Shown here piece by piece: positions 1 to 10,241 of a stretch of 64,000 nt of DNA. This stretch comes from Plasmodiophora brassicae (taxonomy: Eukaryota). Below the pieces are notes generated by a model. That model had not been told where the DNA came from and ran no database searches. It saw nothing but the letters and a program-made list of their open reading frames with translations. The stretch is taken from NCBI GenBank assembly GCA_036867785.1, contig CP145422.1, positions 310,001 to 374,000 of the forward strand. Reading direction: 5' to 3'. The translations under genes and the position numbers were made by a program. Within the stretch, counting starts at the first letter, position 1. Each line of letters opens with the position of its first letter.

Positions 1-309
1 CGTCTTCCACCTATGCATACACGATTTAGCGTATCAAAGAACCTCAGGTACCTTGACCGAGTGCAAAGTAGCAAACGACGACATCAGCAATGGTGCGCTC
101 GACCCCCATGGGTGGAGCCCGGTCCATATACATCTAGAAAGTGTCATTCACCTAGCTCAGCGGCCGACCCCCATGGGTGGACCCCCAGCGCAACAGGAGC
201 CTCGACATCAGTACTCCCTGACAGAGTCAATCCTGCGGTGAAGAGGAACTTAATAGATGCTGCCGAATGCCTCGCGAGATGGACAGCACGTAGTCCATCG
301 AACAACATT

Positions 310-465
310 GACCGTGGTGCACATGGCAACCAGCCAGGTCAAATCGACCGTGGTCCCGTGGGCAACCAGCCAAGTCGAACCGAACTTTGACCGTGGTGCA
401 CCGAGCAACCAGCCAAGTCAAACCGACCGTGGTGCCCAAAGCAACCAGCCAAGTCGAACCATGGT
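310..465. repeat. Four ~36-bp imperfect tandem repeats in the retroelement 3' UTR (also at 18322-18477)
   Basis: Unit gaccgtggt-N7-gcaaccagcca(a/g)gtc(a/g)aa. Confidence 0.9.
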
Positions 466-585
466 TACGTTGCCGTCAACCAGGTTGGATTGTCATGACA
501 GACCAATCCATGATCATGATCATCATCGTATCGTCCACCCGCGAACAGATACGGTATCGAGATTAATTCAGAGTGATGGTACAGG

Positions 586-3500
586 TTAAGATCGTCGCTT
601 ATTTCGATGCGATGTTGCATTCCGAGTGCGAGAGCGTTTCGGCGCCGGAATCAATTGCCTCAATGCAGCGACGTGTGCATGAGTATCGCCCAGTTTCCGA
701 ATAAGTTGTTCCACAAGCTGCGGTACATCTTCGGTGATAAGTGCTGCAGGCTCCCAAGTAGCCTCAGATGGGTCGAAGCCGGACCAAGCGACTTTGATCT
801 GCAACTCCTGAGTTTCGCGATCGATACGACAATCGAGAAGGTCGTCAACGTGGAACTGCTGGTCAAGCCGCTCAAGGTGCTGCTTGATTTCGGTGGTGAT
901 GTTGAGATCGGCGTCCGCATAGCGGCGGATGCGTTGCGTGTGTGCTTGGAAGCGCCGTGCAGTCAACAGGTCTTCGAGTTCGTAGACCTGGTCATTGACG
1001 CGTTGAACAACTCGGTAGGGGCCGCGCCACTGCGCAATCAACTTCTGTGCGGGTCCGGGGACGGGCTTCGCGTTCAAGACGTAGTCGCCCGGGATGAACG
1101 ACTCGCATTGGGCCTTCCTCACGTGTCGCGAGCGTTGCCGTACATTGGACGCGTGCCTCGCCTCCCTGGCTTCATCGACGACCTTATGGAGTTCGTCCAT
1201 AACGGTCTGCAGTGCTGACAGGTACGTCGCCACCCATCCCGGAGAGATCGGCCGCAGCTGATTGCATGCCGGATCCCAGATGCTGTCCAGAGGGTGCTCG
1301 GGTTTCAACTTGGTGACGACCGTGAACGGCGCGAAACCTCCGAGGCGTGTGCTCGGCGAATGGTTGATGGCGTGTTGCACCAATGGGCAGAGGTAGGGCC
1401 AGCTGTGCGTGCTGATCTGCCCCTCACTCAGAACGCTTCGTAGGATGCCAACGATAGTGCGATTGGCGCGTTCAACAGTCCCGTTTGCCCATGGACAGTA
1501 CGCCAACGTTATATGATGCTCGACGTCTCGCAGCCTGGTCAGCTCCTTGATGAGTTCGGCGGTAAAGTGAGATCCGCCATCGGTGACAAGATATTGTGGT
1601 GTTTTGAAGTCGGCAATCCATTGGAATAGTGCCTCTGCCGCAACTCGGCTGGTCGCATCGGCGCATGGAATCAATCGGACGAGACCACTGAAGTCGTCCT
1701 TCATCACGAGGATGTACTTGTAAGAATGATCGGTTCCTCGAACTGGTTCGACGTACAAGTAATCCATGTGCAGGACCTCGAATGGAATGTGGCCATGCAA
1801 CGCTTCTCCAAGCGGACGCGGAACCTTCGCTCCTCCCCGCGTCGTGATGCAATGAAGACACTGCTGGCACATCTGCTGAATGTCCTTGTCCATGCCCGGC
1901 CAAGCGAATCGCGTTGTGATTGCCTCCTTGGTAACGTCGTACGCGCGATGAGCAGCACTGGCACAATGACCAATGATCATGATGCGTAGGCGCAAGCTGG
2001 TGCAGTCGTTGTGAATCGGGATCAGAACGGCGTTCGTTTTCGACTTCCACAAACGAGCGTCATCATCGAAGAACACGCCGTCCTCGATTTTCTCTTCACG
2101 CGACAATAGCCTTTGCGATTCGCGAATTTCGGTCTCAGTCGGCCATTGGAAATCGGGATGCGTCATCGGCGTTACGCGAAGATCGTCCATCTGCAAGATG
2201 CGCGTTGCCCGGCACGCCAGTGCGATTCGTCCTGCGCCCCATCGAGATAAAAGGTCGGCCCAGACGTTGGCAGTGCCGGAGATCTCCTTGGTACGGTAAT
2301 CAAACCCTTGGAGATGTAGCGCCCAGCGCTCGATTTTCTGAGCGGTGTGCTTCTTCATCTCAGCGTCCTTCGCGAAGATGAACGTGAGGTTCCGGTGGTC
2401 GCAGAACATGAGGAATTCACGCGACGTCTGCAGAAGGAAGTCACCACGTTCAGTCGCCTTGATGATGGCGGCTGCCTCCTTCTCCGGTGTTGACCATCGC
2501 AACTCAGCGCCAGAGAACCGCTTGCCGTAGAAAGCAAGTGGTTCGTGTCGTTGTTCATGAACTGGTAGGTCGATGTCCTCCCTCGGAATCTGGGTAATAA
2601 CCGCAGCCCATGCTAGGTTACTGGCGTCCGTGAACAAGCATGTCTGGTGATCAGACTTCGGGTACGCGAGCTGGACGTGCTGGATCAGCGCAAAGCGTAT
2701 GTCCTCGAAGGCCTTGCTGTGCCGGTCTGTCCATCCAAGATCATGTAACCGAATCGACGAAGGTGACGAAGACTGGATTCTCTTCATCTCCTCGTTCGCC
2801 TTGTCCGTGAGCTCCTGGAGCGGGGCGATGATGTACGCGTAACCGGGAACACTGGTACGCATCCAGTTGGCCGCCCAGATGAACTGCTGTAGCTCTTTGA
2901 AAGTGTTAGGACGCGGCATGCTGGTCAGCGCTTCGATTCGTTCAGGATCGTGTCGGATTCCATCACGAGAGTAGATGCGCCCACACCACTTCAGCTCTCG
3001 AGCGAATAGGACGCATTTGTCCGGGTTGAACTTCAAGTTGCGTTCGCGTGCTCGCTCCAAGACACGTGCAAGCTGATGCAGTAGAATGTCTTCCGTTTTG
3101 GCGAATCCCAGCAGGTCGTCGATCCCTATCAAGAGGTGATCCTTCATGTCGTCGAAGATCTTCCCGATCCGCGCCTGGAACTGCAAGGCAGAGTTGGTCG
3201 CGCCCTGAATGCTCCTGGTAGGCGTGTAGACGCCGTCGTCGGTCATAAACGAGAAGATCTCCTGGCATTCCTTCGCAATTGGCATGAGCCAGAACCCCTT
3301 GTGGGCATCGATCGTGAAGAAGCAGGTCATGCCAGCCAGCTTCCGACTAGCCGCCTCGATGTTGGGCATCGGCCAAGCAGTTGGTACCGTACGCGAGTTC
3401 ACCTGGCGCAGATCGACGCACAGGCGGTACCCCTTGCCGTTCGGTTTCTTGACCACAAGAACGGGACTCGCCCATCTGGAGTTCATGTTGAGGTAGACCA

Positions 3501-5391
3501 GATTGTTTTCCAACAGCATCTTGATCATCTCGTCGAGGAACTCCTTTTGCTTCGGGTTGTAGGAGCGTGGTCTGCATCGGTACGGCGTGGCGTCTGGTTG
3601 AAGCTTGGTAATCATAGGTTCGATGTTGACGGGACCGTCCTGACCAAGCTGTGTGCGGAATTCGTTGACGTGTCGTCGAAGGATGAGTCGTAGCCGTGCA
3701 ACCCCTTGACGAGACATGCCGTTGAGGCGTGCTTGATGTATCAGGCGGGTGAGGGATGCCTCAATCTCTTGAACGTTGATCGGCCCTAAGTCGACATCAC
3801 TGGAGGTAGGTTCCGCCGCATCGTGTACATGTGGCGCCTGATACGTGTCGCCGCTCAACGTCGCCATCCTTGCAACGATTTCACTGACGGCGTCGAACGA
3901 CTCCACATCGAACATGGCGCATCCAGATAGTCTGGCATCAAACTCGGTGGTGCCGGATGCGATCATGTCCTCGAGTTGCTGACGTGGACTGATGCCGATC
4001 ATAGAGAGTAGTGTGTCGCCGAATAAGATGACTGGAATAGCGTCGCAGACATAGTAGGCAACATGGTACAGGGTGAGATTCCCAGCTTTGGTTTCGAGTT
4101 TCGTCACTGGAACGGTGACGATGCGGGTGCTGACGGCAATGACTTGGTCGTCGGCTGATGCGATTTCTCGGGGCTCGATAACCTCGAACGTGGCGCCCTT
4201 CAACTCATTCGCAACGTGTTCAGGTATGAGGTTTCCCCCATCACAGCCAGAGTCTAGAACATAAGGGATACGCCTTCCCTCGATCTCTACTTGCTGTGTC
4301 ACGTGCTGGATCCCAGTGTAGGCGCGAGTTTTGGCGACTTTAATCGGTCGACGTCCATCGGGATGATGTCCGCCTGCGGGCCGATGATGACGTGCGAGCT
4401 CATTGCGCCTTTCTCTCGTCGGCTTCTCTGGGCACATCGACATCTTATGTGGCCCAGAGCAGTGCCAGCATTTGAAGTCGCGCTTGCCATCAGTCGTCCC
4501 CGTCATCTGGCTGCTGTCACTTGTCGCAGTCGGTTCGCGGTTGCGCTTGGGAGCGTTCACGGTCACTGGATGTGGGCCCGATTGCCGGTTGGCGGGCACA
4601 GGGCGATGGGCTGGTACGCGGCGTCCACCTGAAGTTGTCGCAGCGGGAGTCAGCTTGCTCTGCTTGTCGGCGAGTCGCAGTTCGGAACACGTCTTCCGAG
4701 GACGCTTGATCGATGCGTTGCGGGCGCGTCCGATCGCGACGAAGTGCCTCGCCCAATCCTGCGCCTCGCGAACGATCGCCCTGGTATTGCCTTCACGTTC
4801 GGCCTTGTCCTCCTTGACCCATGCCTGTACGTGACCGCGGAGGTAGCCGGGCTGGAGCGAGTCAGCGATCAGGCGCCCCATGGCCTTGCGTCCTCCGGCG
4901 GTCTCGCTCAGCTTCCAACCGTGGCGGTCCTGGATGGCCGTCAGCTGGTCCGGGATTGACGCGATTTGATCTCGCAGGGTCGACATCGAGGTATCCATCG
5001 AAAGCTCATCCGCGATCTTGGACTCGATGTCCTGAATACGCAGCCCGTGGCTGGTGGGCAATGCGTTGACCTGGTCTCGGATCCATCCGTCCAGCAATTC
5101 GTCCGTCAACGCCTCGGCGCCGTCGTCCAGGTCCAGGTGATTTTCGGCAATGGCCTTCAACTGCACGGCGGTGAAGCACAGCCGGATGCCTTGCGGACGA
5201 AGTCGACGCCCCCGCGGCTGCTGCGCCTCCCGATCCTCGAAGATGGCGACGTAGCGGTTGTACGCCTCGCGCAGCGTCAGGATCGATGTCGAGTCAAGGT
5301 TGTTAGCCTTGGGCAGGATGCTCGCATCGGCGTTCGTAACGATGGTAGCGCTTGTCGAGCCGCCGCTGCTGCTGCTGCTTGTCAGCTCCAT
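586..5391 (-). CDS. Gag-Pol polyprotein (CCHC zinc knuckle, aspartic protease, RT, RNase H, integrase, chromodomain)
   Basis: Motifs CWHCSGPHKMSMC, YVLDSG, WASP/RLCVDLR, GIDD, TDAS, HHCC plus D-D-E integrase, KVAWSGF..EATWEP. First ATG at 5391; the track's TTG start at 5466 lies inside the LTR. Confidence 0.95.
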   Translation of the reverse strand: MELTSSSSSGGSTSATIVTNADASILPKANNLDSTSILTLREAYNRYVAIFEDREAQQPRGRRLRPQGIRLCFTAVQLKAIAENHLDLDDGAEALTDELLDGWIRDQVNALPTSHGLRIQDIESKIADELSMDTSMSTLRDQIASIPDQLTAIQDRHGWKLSETAGGRKAMGRLIADSLQPGYLRGHVQAWVKEDKAEREGNTRAIVREAQDWARHFVAIGRARNASIKRPRKTCSELRLADKQSKLTPAATTSGGRRVPAHRPVPANRQSGPHPVTVNAPKRNREPTATSDSSQMTGTTDGKRDFKCWHCSGPHKMSMCPEKPTRERRNELARHHRPAGGHHPDGRRPIKVAKTRAYTGIQHVTQQVEIEGRRIPYVLDSGCDGGNLIPEHVANELKGATFEVIEPREIASADDQVIAVSTRIVTVPVTKLETKAGNLTLYHVAYYVCDAIPVILFGDTLLSMIGISPRQQLEDMIASGTTEFDARLSGCAMFDVESFDAVSEIVARMATLSGDTYQAPHVHDAAEPTSSDVDLGPINVQEIEASLTRLIHQARLNGMSRQGVARLRLILRRHVNEFRTQLGQDGPVNIEPMITKLQPDATPYRCRPRSYNPKQKEFLDEMIKMLLENNLVYLNMNSRWASPVLVVKKPNGKGYRLCVDLRQVNSRTVPTAWPMPNIEAASRKLAGMTCFFTIDAHKGFWLMPIAKECQEIFSFMTDDGVYTPTRSIQGATNSALQFQARIGKIFDDMKDHLLIGIDDLLGFAKTEDILLHQLARVLERARERNLKFNPDKCVLFARELKWCGRIYSRDGIRHDPERIEALTSMPRPNTFKELQQFIWAANWMRTSVPGYAYIIAPLQELTDKANEEMKRIQSSSPSSIRLHDLGWTDRHSKAFEDIRFALIQHVQLAYPKSDHQTCLFTDASNLAWAAVITQIPREDIDLPVHEQRHEPLAFYGKRFSGAELRWSTPEKEAAAIIKATERGDFLLQTSREFLMFCDHRNLTFIFAKDAEMKKHTAQKIERWALHLQGFDYRTKEISGTANVWADLLSRWGAGRIALACRATRILQMDDLRVTPMTHPDFQWPTETEIRESQRLLSREEKIEDGVFFDDDARLWKSKTNAVLIPIHNDCTSLRLRIMIIGHCASAAHRAYDVTKEAITTRFAWPGMDKDIQQMCQQCLHCITTRGGAKVPRPLGEALHGHIPFEVLHMDYLYVEPVRGTDHSYKYILVMKDDFSGLVRLIPCADATSRVAAEALFQWIADFKTPQYLVTDGGSHFTAELIKELTRLRDVEHHITLAYCPWANGTVERANRTIVGILRSVLSEGQISTHSWPYLCPLVQHAINHSPSTRLGGFAPFTVVTKLKPEHPLDSIWDPACNQLRPISPGWVATYLSALQTVMDELHKVVDEAREARHASNVRQRSRHVRKAQCESFIPGDYVLNAKPVPGPAQKLIAQWRGPYRVVQRVNDQVYELEDLLTARRFQAHTQRIRRYADADLNITTEIKQHLERLDQQFHVDDLLDCRIDRETQELQIKVAWSGFDPSEATWEPAALITEDVPQLVEQLIRKLGDTHAHVAALRQLIPAPKRSRTRNATSHRNKRRS

Positions 5392-5448
5392 GTCGTGTCG
5401 TCGTCGGTGTCGTTCACGGAGAGTCAACGTACGACACGTAGTGGCCAC

Positions 5449-5664
5449 TATAGTGTCTTCCGTCAAGCCTCGGGTGACACAATAGACGAATGCCGTTTAT
5501 CCACCATCGATCCCGTACCCCGCTCTCCCACCAGCGGCGCACGTGATCGCGTGCTCTCGATCCCCGCATATCTCGACACATGAATCTCTGGCGCATGTGA
5601 ATATCTGGAGGATGCTGATGCTGACGTAGGTGATGAGGAGCTAAATATAGGACCCCGGACTACA
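5449..5664 (-). repeat. 5' LTR, family A (216 bp)
   Basis: Matches 17619-17834 and 23461-23676; termini TGTAGT...ACTATA on the minus strand. Confidence 0.93.
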
Positions 5665-6155
5665 CAACACACTACATCAGCGCCGGTTGTGAGCTCACTA
5701 CTGCGTCCAGTAAGTTCCGCTCGCAACCACGACGAATACCCACACCGCGTCCAGCCATGTGCATCCGTAGTTAGTTCCGTTCCCATCCGATATCGGTTCA
5801 CCGAAGCCCAATCTTTAGGAGTCCGATGACTGGCGTCCGTTTGACTACCAGGGTTAGCCGAAGTCCAATCTTTAGGATCCGACTGTGGTGGAGTGTTTCC
5901 CCATGCATATGCGAGTTCCGTACCGTTGGTTTCCATTTGGTACATGATCCCATTCAGTGGCCAATTTGCTGAATGTTCCCAGACTGAGTCCCATGCCCAG
6001 TGGTTCGGGCCCCGTGCCCACGCAGGTGCTCCGCGCACCGTGCGTCCGATCGACGTCCTTTCCGTTTTCGCGTCGTTGTTCCTCGTTGCCTATGTACAGT
6101 TAGCAACCTTCGACCAGCTATTTTACCATGTTCCGGCCGGTCCATCATCATATCG

Positions 6156-9100
6156 TCAATTCCGTGGTCGTTTAGTCCTCTGACGTCGCGTTCCTTTTGC
6201 TTGACGTCGTTTCGAGGCAGGCTGGCGATTCCCGTTCGTCGCCGCCGAGTTCAACAGTATTCGCAACTCCTCCGCCTGAGGGTGGTCATCTCCCAGTCGG
6301 TCATACAGATCACGAACCATCGTCGGCACGTCCTCGATTATGATGTCCGCCGGTTCCCATGTGGCGTCCGATTCCTCGAATCCTTCCCAGAGCACTTTGA
6401 TTTCGACTCGCTTCTCGCTCGCATTGTATCGGCAGTCAGCTAGATTCTCCACCAAGAGCTTATGATTCGAGTGCTGAAGATGCTTCTTCATCGTCGCCGT
6501 CATGTTCAACTTCCCATCAGCGTATCGTCTGATCCGTTGGATGTGCGCCCGAAACTCCTTCTCGTGAAGAGGATCGTACAGCAAGTACACTTGATCGTTC
6601 AGTCGCTGCAGCACACGGAACGGGCCATTCCACTTGGCGATCAGTTTGTTCCCCGGGCCCATGTTCGGTCGTGCGCACAAGACGTAGTCACCTGGAATGA
6701 ACGCTTCATCGTCTCCAGGACGCAGCTGCCTGTTGCGCTGCTGGACATTGGCTCGATGCCGCTTCTCTTTGCCCATCTCGACATCCTTGTGTATGTTGTC
6801 GAAATCGTCCTTCATCTTCTCGATGTGCTGAGTAATGGTCGCAGGATTCACAGGTCGCCAATTGCTAGCCTTCAAGTCCCAGATCAGGTCTAGAGGATTC
6901 TCCGGTTGGATGCCAAACGCCGCCGTCACCGGTGCATGACCTCCACGACGCTTTGAAGGCGTATGGTTCATGGCGTGTTGCACCAGCTGACATGCGTACG
7001 GCCAGTTGTGGGTGTCGATCTGGTTCTCATTCAGTAGGCTCCTCAGCATCTCCACGACCGTTCCATTCGCCCGTTCGACCGTTCCATTCGACCATGGGCA
7101 GTACGCCAGCGTGATGTGATGCGCAACGTGACGTAGCCGACTCAAATCCTCCATCACCTCAGCGGTGAAATGTGAACCACCATCGGTAACCAGGATCTCT
7201 GGCGTCCCGAAGTCAGCGATCCACGCCATCAGGGAATCAGCTGCAGTTCGGGCCGTCGCGTTCGTGCAAGGAATCAGGCGGACAAGTCCCGAGAAGTCGT
7301 CCTTGAGCAGCAATATGTACTTGTAGTCGTGGTCCGCTCCGCGAACCGGCTCGACGTACATGTAGTCCATATGCAGCACCTGAAACCTTTCGTGACCGTG
7401 AACAGCCTGACCCAGCGGCCGCGGAATCCGTTCTCCTCCTCGAGTGGTGACGCAGTGCATGCACTGATCGCACATTTGTTGCACGTGCTCCTCCACTCCA
7501 GCCCAGCGGAATCGTCTCATAACCGCTTCTCTGGTGGTTGTCCCGCCACGATGCATAGCACTGCCGCAGTGCGCCACGACCAGGATCCGTAGTCGTAACG
7601 TCTCTGCGTCGTCATGGCTTGGAATTAACACCTGTCCAGAGTCAGATTTCCACAGTTTGTCGCGATCATCCCATTGCGCCTTGAATGCTGCCTTCTCGTC
7701 GTCGGTCAGCAGCTTCTGGGATTGTCGTATGTCGGCTTCACGAGGCCATTCGAATCCGTCGTGCGCCATGGGGGTTACTCGCAGGTCTTCCATGGACATG
7801 ACTCGAGTTGCCCGACCCGTAAGCGCGATTCGACCCGCGCCCCATCGCGTCAGTAGATCTGCCCACGCATTGTCCTCCCCGTTGATGTCCACCATTTTGT
7901 ACCGGAATCCTTGCAGATGAACGGACCACCGCTCCAGCTTTGCGGCTGTGTGCTTCTTCATCTCCATGTCGTTGTTGAAGATGTATCGTAGATTCCGATG
8001 ATCGCAGTAGAGCAGGAACTCACGTCCGGTTTACAGCAAGAAATCGCCTCGCGTAGTCGCCTGGACGATCGCCGCTGCCTCTTTCTCGATGATAGGCCAT
8101 CGTAGCTGCGTGTTGTCGAAGCGTTTCCCGTAGAACGCCAGCGGTTCATGTCGTTGCTCACTGATCGGCAATTCGATGTCCTCCACTGGAATCTGAGTCA
8201 CGACCGCCGACCATGCGAATTCGCTTGCGTCCGTGAAGAGGCAGGTCTGGAAATCCTTCTTGGGGTAGGCCAGTTGCACGTGTTCGACCAGCACCGCCCG
8301 CAGCTTCTCGAATGCTTCTCGTTGTCGTTCAGACCAGCCCATCGCGTCCACCGTCAATGAGGCATAAGAACTGGACTTCGTTCGTTTCAGCTCCTCATTC
8401 GCCCGGCCAACGACCTCCTGTAGTGGCTCGATGATGTACGGGTAGTCCGGGATGCTCGTGCGCATCCATCCCACCGCCCACATCAGTTGCTGCAGGTCTT
8501 TAACCGTCTTCGGCTCCGGCATGCTTGTCAGAGCTGCTATCCGTTCCGGGTCATGTCGAATGCCGTTGCCAGAGTAGATCTTCCCGCACCAGACCAGCTC
8601 CCTGGCGAAGATCGTGCATTTCGTAGGGTTGAACTTCAGTCCGACTTCGCGTGCCCGTTCGAATACGTTGGCCAGCAGTTCCAGAAGCTCGGCCTCCGTC
8701 TTCGCGAATCCCAGCAGATCATCAATCCAGACCATCATTCGATCCATCAGGTCGTCGAAGATGTTCACCATCCTTGCTTGGAATTGCGGGGCCGTGTTCA
8801 GTCCGCCCTGGATGCTTCGTGTAGGTGTCCAAACCGAATCGTCTGTCATGAATGAAAACATCTCTTGACAAGATTTGTCCAGAGGCATCAACCAGAAGCC
8901 CTTGAAGGCATCCAAGCTGAAGAAACACGACATACCTTCGAGCTTGCGGGCTCCCGCCTCGATGTTCGGCATGGGCCAGACAGTTGCCTCAGATCGCAGG
9001 TTCACCTGTCGAAGGTCGACGCATAGTCGGTAGCCGTCTCCGTGTGGCTTCTTGACGATCAGGACAGGACTGGCCCACTTCGAGTTCATATTCGCAAAGA

Positions 9101-10007
9101 TCAGGCCGTTGTCCTTCAGCATCCGTATCATGTCCGTCAAGAACTCCTTTTGCTTCGGATTGTACATGCGCGGCTTGCACCGATATGGTGTGGCACCGTC
9201 CTTCAGGTCCGTCCTCAGTGGTTCCACGTCCACAGGTGGGTCAGACCCCAGCGTCGTACGGAATTCGTTCATGTGCTTGTTCAAGATCTTCCGCAGTCGC
9301 CTCAAGCCTTGCCTCGAAATGCCATTCTTCTTAGCCTGCTTGATCATATCGTTGACAGCCTTGCTGATTCCAGACGGATCAACCTTTCCGAGATCGATCT
9401 CACTGCGCGTTGGCTCGCCTTCGCTGTTCGCGTAGGGGTTGCATCCGTGGTTGGCGCTCAGTTCGATCATCTTGGCCGTCACCCTCTCCACCGTCTCGAG
9501 CGAGTCAGCATCGAACTGCATTACCCCATCGTTCGTTGACATCAGCGACTCCAACTGCTGTTTGGGATCAATTCCCATAGCCGTGAGAATCGGGTTTCCG
9601 AGCAGCGTCTTCGCAATCACCGCGAGATGTAGAATCGCATGTTGTACAGCGTCAATGTCCCGTGTGGCCAGTTCGTTCGCCAGCAACTTCTCCGCCGCCT
9701 TCAGATTGTGCGCCATTCGGCTCCCCAGCTGTGCAATCTCCTCGGCCATCCACGCCTCGAGGTGAGCGTCCGTCATCTCCTGCTCATCCTGGAGTCCCAG
9801 CTCGTCCATCGCAATTGCCTGTCGTTCATGAAACTTGAAGCAGTTCCGGATTGAGACTGGGCCGCGTCGTTCTCGCTCCGGCAGGTACGCCTCCGCCTCC
9901 GACGTGATGCGACAGTAGTCCGTGTACTGCTCCTCCAACTTCTTCAGTGAGCTCGGGTCCAGCCCCTCCGTCATTGGCTGCTGCCCGGGCTTCAATCGTC
10001 GTGCCAT
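6156..10007 (-). pseudogene. Family B gag-pol pseudogene
   Basis: In-frame TAA at 8031-8033 (FLL*TGREF versus FLLQTSREF in family A); zinc knuckle and protease region missing through an in-frame deletion near 9600-9670. Confidence 0.88.
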
Positions 10008-10044
10008 AGTGCTTTGGATCTCGTCGATCGGCTAAAACCGGTTT

Positions 10045-10228
10045 TGTAGATCGTGTATAGAGAACCTCAGCGTCCTCGTTCCCAGATCTCTCGATCCTTC
10101 TCCCTTCTCTCCGCCCGGCCTTCCCGCATGCCGTACGGACTCTCCTGGTCTTAGGGCTGCCTCTCCTAGATGCTGTTCTTGGTATCTCTGGCTGCGACAG
10201 GGCATGCTGCACTGTTCCACCGTCTACA
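10045..10228 (-). repeat. Putative 5' LTR, family B (184 bp)
   Basis: 6-bp terminal inverted repeat TGTAGA/TCTACA just upstream of the gag ATG; partner LTR not in the window. Confidence 0.65.
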
Positions 10229-10241
10229 CAAGGCTGACCAT

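Larger units (their letters stand above)
1..5664 (-). mobile_element. Ty3/Gypsy chromodomain LTR retrotransposon, family A copy 1 (3' LTR lies left of the window)
   Basis: Single gag-pol ORF; 216-bp 5' LTR at 5449-5664; colinear with the complete copy at 17619-23676 (offset 18012). Confidence 0.95.
5665..10228 (-). mobile_element. Defective Ty3/Gypsy chromodomain element, family B, interrupted in its 3' UTR by family A copy 1
   Basis: RT (WIDD), RNase H, integrase and chromodomain homologous to family A; putative 5' LTR at 10045-10228 bounded by TGTAGA...TCTACA. Confidence 0.9.

Noticed and set aside
310-465. Possible CRISPR array
   Set aside because: Variable parts are only about 7 nt, no cas genes are present, and the repeats lie in a retrotransposon UTR in eukaryotic DNA.
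5392-5466. Gag-Pol N-terminus MTEDTIV... from the ORF track
   Set aside because: It starts at a TTG inside the LTR and crosses the PBS region; the first ATG is at 5391.
7968-8033. Programmed frameshift or readthrough in family B pol
   Set aside because: The ORFs are in frame and the stop sits inside RNase H where family A has Gln, so it is a simple CAA->TAA mutation in an already deleted copy.
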